Below, one piece after another: positions 60,067 to 64,000 of a stretch of 64,000 nucleotides of DNA. How positions within the stretch are numbered: the stretch's first letter is position 1; each line of letters starts with the position of its first letter. Both the position numbers and the translations under genes were made by a program. The notes under the pieces are model-generated. The model had not been told where the DNA came from. It saw only the letters and a program-made list of their open reading frames with translations, and did not search any database. The DNA comes from an uncultured Actinomycetes bacterium (lineage in GTDB: Bacteria > Actinomycetota > Thermoleophilia > Gaiellales > JAICJC01): the NCBI GenBank assembly GCA_963708725.1, contig CAVPTL010000006.1, forward strand, positions 96,226-160,225, written 5' to 3'.

Positions 60067-61003
60067 GCGGCGACATCCTGCCTTCCTGGCACGACACGCC
60101 CACCCGCGCGGCGATCATCGACTTCGTCACGCGGGTGACGGCGGAGGGCGGGCCGGACTACGTGCCACCGGTTGAGCGGATCGCCGTGTTCGACAACGAC
60201 GGCACGCTTTGGTGTGAGAAGCCGATGCCGGTCGAGGTGGGGTTCATCCTGAAGCGGTTCGCCGAGATGGCCAAGGACGATCCATCGCTGGCCGAGAAGC
60301 AGCCATGGAAGGCGGCGGTCGAGCACGACTACGCCTGGCTCGGTGGCGCTCTCACCAAGCACTACCACGGCGACGATACCGACGTGAAGCTGTTGATGGC
60401 CGGCATCATCCAGGCCTTCGCGGGGTCGACCGTCGACGAGTATGCCGCTTCGGCCCACGCCTACCTCCACGGGGGTGAGCACCCGACCCTCGGCCTGCCG
60501 TTCCATCAGGTCGGCTTCGTGCCGATGATCGAGCTGCTGGGCTACCTCGCCGACAACGGGTTCACCAACTACATCGCCTCGGGCGGGGATCGCGACTTCA
60601 TGCGTCCCGTGACCGAGAAGATGTACGGAATCCCCGCCGAGCGGATCATCGGAAGCTCAAACGGGCTGCGCTATCTCGACGACGAGCACGGCGGCAGCGT
60701 GACCTACGCCGCTGAGCCCGACGTGTTCGACGACGGGCCGATCAAACCGGTGCGGATCTGGAGCCGGATTGGTCGCCGCCCGATCATCGCGGGCGGTAAC
60801 TCCAACGGCGACATCGCGATGCTTCGCTATGCCGGCGGCAAGGGCCGCCCGGCGCTTCGGCTGTTGGTACTTCACGACGACGCCGAGCGCGAGTTCGACT
60901 ACGTGAAGGCGCCGAGAAGTCGCTCGAGCAGGCGGCCACCGACAACTGGACGGTGGTCAGCGTCAAGAACGACTGGTCGACCGTGTTCGCCGAACCCGAC
61001 TGA
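60015..61003 (+). pseudogene. HAD-superfamily hydrolase (HAD-IB-like) with -1 frameshift near the 3' end
   Basis: ..RIAVFDNDGTLWCEKP.. is the DxDxT motif, and ..IAGGNSNGDIAML.. is also present. After ..EFDYV (about 60905) the conserved-looking C-terminus GAEKSLEQAATDNWTVVSVKNDWSTVFAEPD* continues in another frame to TGA 61001-03. The listed ORF 60015..61157 runs into unrelated sequence. Confidence 0.7.
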
Positions 61004-61140
61004 GCTCGGGCGACGTCTCGGGCGAGTGCTAACCCCGCCTCGAGTCGGACACGGCGGCGAGCTTGTCGTCGAGGGAACCTGGTGCACGGCCGCCGTGGGG
61101 GATCCTGGGGCAGGCCGGCGCCGACGGATCCTCGGCGATG

Positions 61141-62037
61141 TCAGCCGGGCTCAGTGACCGCGGCCAGCCATCGCCGCGACTCCCGCACCAGCACCGGGTG
61201 GGTCTCATCGGTGTAGTACTCCAGCGCGATCACCGCCTGGGAGACCGCCCAGCCACGGCTTCTCGCCCAGGTCGCATCGTCGATCTCGAGCATCTGCCGA
61301 AAACGCTCCCTGGTGTCGGCTGAGAGCACCTTCCAGGCGACCATCACGTCACAGGCGGGGTCACCAACCGCCAACGTGCCGAAGTCGATCACACCACTCA
61401 GCCGGCCATCCACCACGAGCATGTTCTGGCGGTCGAGATCTCCATGGATCCAGACCGGCCGTCCCCGCCACGGGGAGGCGCGACACGCTTCGTCCCAGAC
61501 CGCCGCGATCGCCGGCCCATCGATGCTGTCTCGGAGTGTCGCGATCGCAGCGCGGGTGGCGGCGTCTCGCCGGGCAACTGCCTCGCCGCGAAAGCCGTTG
61601 TGCTCGCCGGGGCCGGGGGCTTCGGTGGTATCGATCCGCTGGAGCGCCGAGATGAAGCCGGCGAGGTCGGCGGTGAACACCCGCTCGTCGGCGATGCGAT
61701 CGGCGGTTGCGCGCTCACCCGGCAACCACGTGTTCACGAGCCAGTCGAACGGGTAGCCCTGGGCGGGCGATCCCTGTGCGACCGGGCGGGGGATGGCGAG
61801 GGGCAGGTGCGGCCCAAGCCGCGGCAACCAGCGACGTTCCTTCTCGAGGGTTGGGCCTGACCCCGACATTCTGGGAAGTCGCACGACCAGATCGTCGCCC
61901 AGCCGGTACAGCACATTCTCGGTTCCGGCCAGCTCGACCCGCTCGATTGGAAGCTCTGCCCACTGCGGGAACTGCCCATCGACGAGCCGCCGCACGAGCG
62001 AGGAGTCGATGGCAAACTCGTCGGCGTGCATGGTCAT
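61141..62037 (-). CDS. Aminoglycoside phosphotransferase (APH) family protein
   Basis: 298 aa. ..VWIHGDLDRQNMLVVDGRLSGVIDFGTLAVGDPACDV.. is the APH catalytic loop plus the DFG-like motif. Confidence 0.8.
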   Translation of the reverse strand: MTMHADEFAIDSSLVRRLVDGQFPQWAELPIERVELAGTENVLYRLGDDLVVRLPRMSGSGPTLEKERRWLPRLGPHLPLAIPRPVAQGSPAQGYPFDWLVNTWLPGERATADRIADERVFTADLAGFISALQRIDTTEAPGPGEHNGFRGEAVARRDAATRAAIATLRDSIDGPAIAAVWDEACRASPWRGRPVWIHGDLDRQNMLVVDGRLSGVIDFGTLAVGDPACDVMVAWKVLSADTRERFRQMLEIDDATWARSRGWAVSQAVIALEYYTDETHPVLVRESRRWLAAVTEPG

Positions 62038-62040
62038 CCG

Positions 62041-63360
62041 TCAGCCCAGACCGGCGAAGGTAATGCCGAGCAGCAGGATCGAGAGCGTCGAGGTCGCGAC
62101 CACGGTCAACCCGGCGATGACGTTGAAGGTGCGCCCGTTTCGATAGTCACCCATCAGCTCTTTGCTGGCGGCCAGTCTCCAGATGAAGATCAGGAGTATC
62201 GGGAGAAGCGCGCCGTTGATCACCTGCACGCCAATCAGCAGTGAGATCACCGGGAGGCCCGGGATGATCGCAACGATGGCGCCGATAGCTATCAACGCGG
62301 TGATCGTGGCCACGAACACCGGCGCTTCCTTCGGGTTTCGGCTGATGCCTTTCTCGAACCCGAACGTCTCGGAGATGACATACGCAGCGGTGGTGGGCAG
62401 GATCGCAGCGGCCAGCAGGCTGGCTCCGAGCAGGCCGATCCCGAACAACAGCTCGGCGTATTGACCCGCGAACGGCTCCAGAGCCTTCGCCGCCTGTGCA
62501 GCGCTCGAGATGTGATGTTCGCCGTGAACGTAAAGGGTGGCGCCGGTGGCGATGATGATCGACATCGCGATCACGTTGGCAAAGATCGAACCGGTCACGA
62601 CCTCCGAGCGTTCGGCGTTGAGCTCGTCGGTCGAGACGCCCCGCTCGACAACCGCGGACTGAACGTACAGCTGCATGAACGGTGTGATCGTGGTGCCGGC
62701 GGTCGCAATGAAGAGGAACAGATATGCATGTGATGAGTGAAGTTTCGGATCGATGATCGCCTTGCCGACGTGGCCCCATTCGGGCCGGGCGAGGATGGCC
62801 GCGACCGGATAGGCAAAGAACGGGAGTGTCATGAGTACGAACACCCGCTCGGCGACCTTGTAGGAACCGCGCATCAGGAGCAGCCACACGCCGACCGCGG
62901 CGATCGGTACCGACACCTGCACCGGCACTCCCGCCAGGCCCAGAGCGGCGCCGATGCCGATGAACTCCGAGATACAGATGCCGAAGTTCGCAACCAGTAC
63001 CGAGCTTGTCGCAAACAGCGACCAGCGCACGCCGTATTCCTCACGGATGAGTTCGGCCAGGCCCTTGCCGGTCACCGCTCCCATACGAGCCGCCATCTCC
63101 TGCACCACGATCAGCGAGATCGTGATCACGACCATCATCCACAGGAGGTCATAACCGTAGGTGGCTCCGACCGCGGAGTAGGTTGCGATACCGCCGGCGT
63201 CGTTGCCGGCGTTTGCTGCGATCAGCCCCGGCCCGAGAAAGGCCAGTGCGGCCAGGATGCGGCTGTTACGCCGGCCGGGCCAGTGCCGTGGGCGCAGCCG
63301 CGCGCCGCCGGCAAGCAGTCGGCCCGAAACCGCCTTGGCAGCCGATACTCGGCCCGCCAT
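62041..63360 (-). CDS. mntH: NRAMP-family divalent metal (Mn2+/Fe2+) transporter
   Basis: ..GPGLIAANAGNDAGGIATYS..GYDLLW..VVQEMAARMGAVTGKGLAELIRE.. are the DPGN-like and MPH-region NRAMP motifs. 439 aa, polytopic. Confidence 0.9.
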   Translation of the reverse strand: MAGRVSAAKAVSGRLLAGGARLRPRHWPGRRNSRILAALAFLGPGLIAANAGNDAGGIATYSAVGATYGYDLLWMMVVITISLIVVQEMAARMGAVTGKGLAELIREEYGVRWSLFATSSVLVANFGICISEFIGIGAALGLAGVPVQVSVPIAAVGVWLLLMRGSYKVAERVFVLMTLPFFAYPVAAILARPEWGHVGKAIIDPKLHSSHAYLFLFIATAGTTITPFMQLYVQSAVVERGVSTDELNAERSEVVTGSIFANVIAMSIIIATGATLYVHGEHHISSAAQAAKALEPFAGQYAELLFGIGLLGASLLAAAILPTTAAYVISETFGFEKGISRNPKEAPVFVATITALIAIGAIVAIIPGLPVISLLIGVQVINGALLPILLIFIWRLAASKELMGDYRNGRTFNVIAGLTVVATSTLSILLLGITFAGLG

Positions 63361-63405
63361 CGACAGTCACCGTGAGCGTCGAAATTGACATCAAATCCAG
63401 CGTAC

Positions 63406-64000
63406 CTATTCGCCACCAAACAGGTCGAACCTCCGCCGCCATCCGCGGGGGAGGACGAGTTCGAGCACATCGTCGACGGTGACGACTCCCAGCACGATCT
63501 GCTGGGGATCGACCACCGCCACGATGTTGAGGTCATAGTCGGTCATCACCCGCGCGATCTCTTCGACGTCGGTTTCGGGCGTAACGACTCGGGGGCTGAT
63601 GGTGACGATGTCTGCAAGCGTGGCCTCGTCGTCGGCGCGAATCAGATCGGCCAGCGGTACCTCACCCTGTAGCCGTCGATCCTGATTCATGCTGTAGATC
63701 GAGGTGATCGAGTTGGCCTTGATCGTTCCACGTCTGATCCGAGCCAGCGCCTCGAGCTTGGTGGCCGTCGAGTAGAGGCAGATGAAGTCGGGACTCATGA
63801 GCCCGCCGGCAGTCGCGGGGGCGTATCCCGCAAGCGCTCGCACCCGCCGAGCCTGAAGAGCGGGCAGCAGCCCGATGATCTCCTGGCGGCGGTCGTCGTC
63901 GAGTTCGCCAAGCATGTCGACCGCGTCGTCGGCCTCCATCCGGGCCAGGACGCCTGCGATCTCGGCGTCGGAGCGGGACTCGATGAACTCTCGTTGGTGC
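63406..64000 (-). CDS. MgtE-N-domain + tandem CBS protein without transporter domain; 5' end outside the window
   Basis: ..DDAVDMLGELDDDRRQEIIGLLP.. is MgtE_N-like. Two CBS motifs follow (..GGLMSPDFICL.., ..IARVMTDYDLNIVAVVD..). The protein ends at 63406 with no TM domain. The frame is open to nt 64000. Confidence 0.8.
   Translation of the reverse strand, partial: HQREFIESRSDAEIAGVLARMEADDAVDMLGELDDDRRQEIIGLLPALQARRVRALAGYAPATAGGLMSPDFICLYSTATKLEALARIRRGTIKANSITSIYSMNQDRRLQGEVPLADLIRADDEATLADIVTISPRVVTPETDVEEIARVMTDYDLNIVAVVDPQQIVLGVVTVDDVLELVLPRGWRRRFDLFGGE

Noticed and set aside
1-64000. CRISPR arrays, tRNA/rRNA genes, integrases or prophage blocks
   Set aside because: I found no regularly spaced direct repeats, no tRNA-like T-arm (GGTTCGAATCC-type) sequences outside coding frames, and no rRNA-like conserved stretches. 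The only recombinase or transposase is the decayed RAYT.

Overview
Very G+C-rich (by eye, not computed) bacterial chromosomal segment. Gene content looks Actinomycetota-like: a Ddn-type F420 nitroreductase, an Rv0909-like protein, DUF2252, an ECF42-type sigma factor with a YciI/DGPF partner, and a LAL-type LuxR regulator. I can support about 75 protein-coding genes. They are densely packed and many have 4-8 nt start/stop overlaps. I saw no rRNA, tRNA or CRISPR array.

Main observations:
1. A 31-33 nt perfect-palindrome REP-like element, GTGAATAA(C/AT)GGTGCCWGGCACC(G/AT)TTATTCAC, occurs 7 times. Two inverted copies flank a decayed IS200-like Y1/HUH (RAYT-type) transposase gene, next to a separate 178-nt long hairpin.
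2. A tightly overlapped six-gene minus-strand operon (methyltransferase, MDR dehydrogenase, non-canonical PTPS-like protein, GT4 glycosyltransferase, methyltransferase, UPF0104 membrane protein) lies beside a CDP-alcohol phosphatidyltransferase-sulfatase fusion and a RibD-C-like reductase. This is my best candidate for an uncharacterised small-molecule or lipid head-group pathway.
3. A translationally coupled TPR-AAA+ ATPase and TPR-membrane protein pair.
4. An Erm-like rRNA methyltransferase-ArsR-SRPBCC string lies divergent from a stand-alone LanC-like protein.
5. There are unusually many frameshifted, truncated or stop-less genes (RAYT, SRPBCC, HAD hydrolase, one methyltransferase, two sulfatase remnants, two ORFs reading through an out-of-frame TAG after a G-run). 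This points to either indel errors in the assembly or real gene decay.

All functional calls come from motif recognition in the supplied translations. No database search was run.
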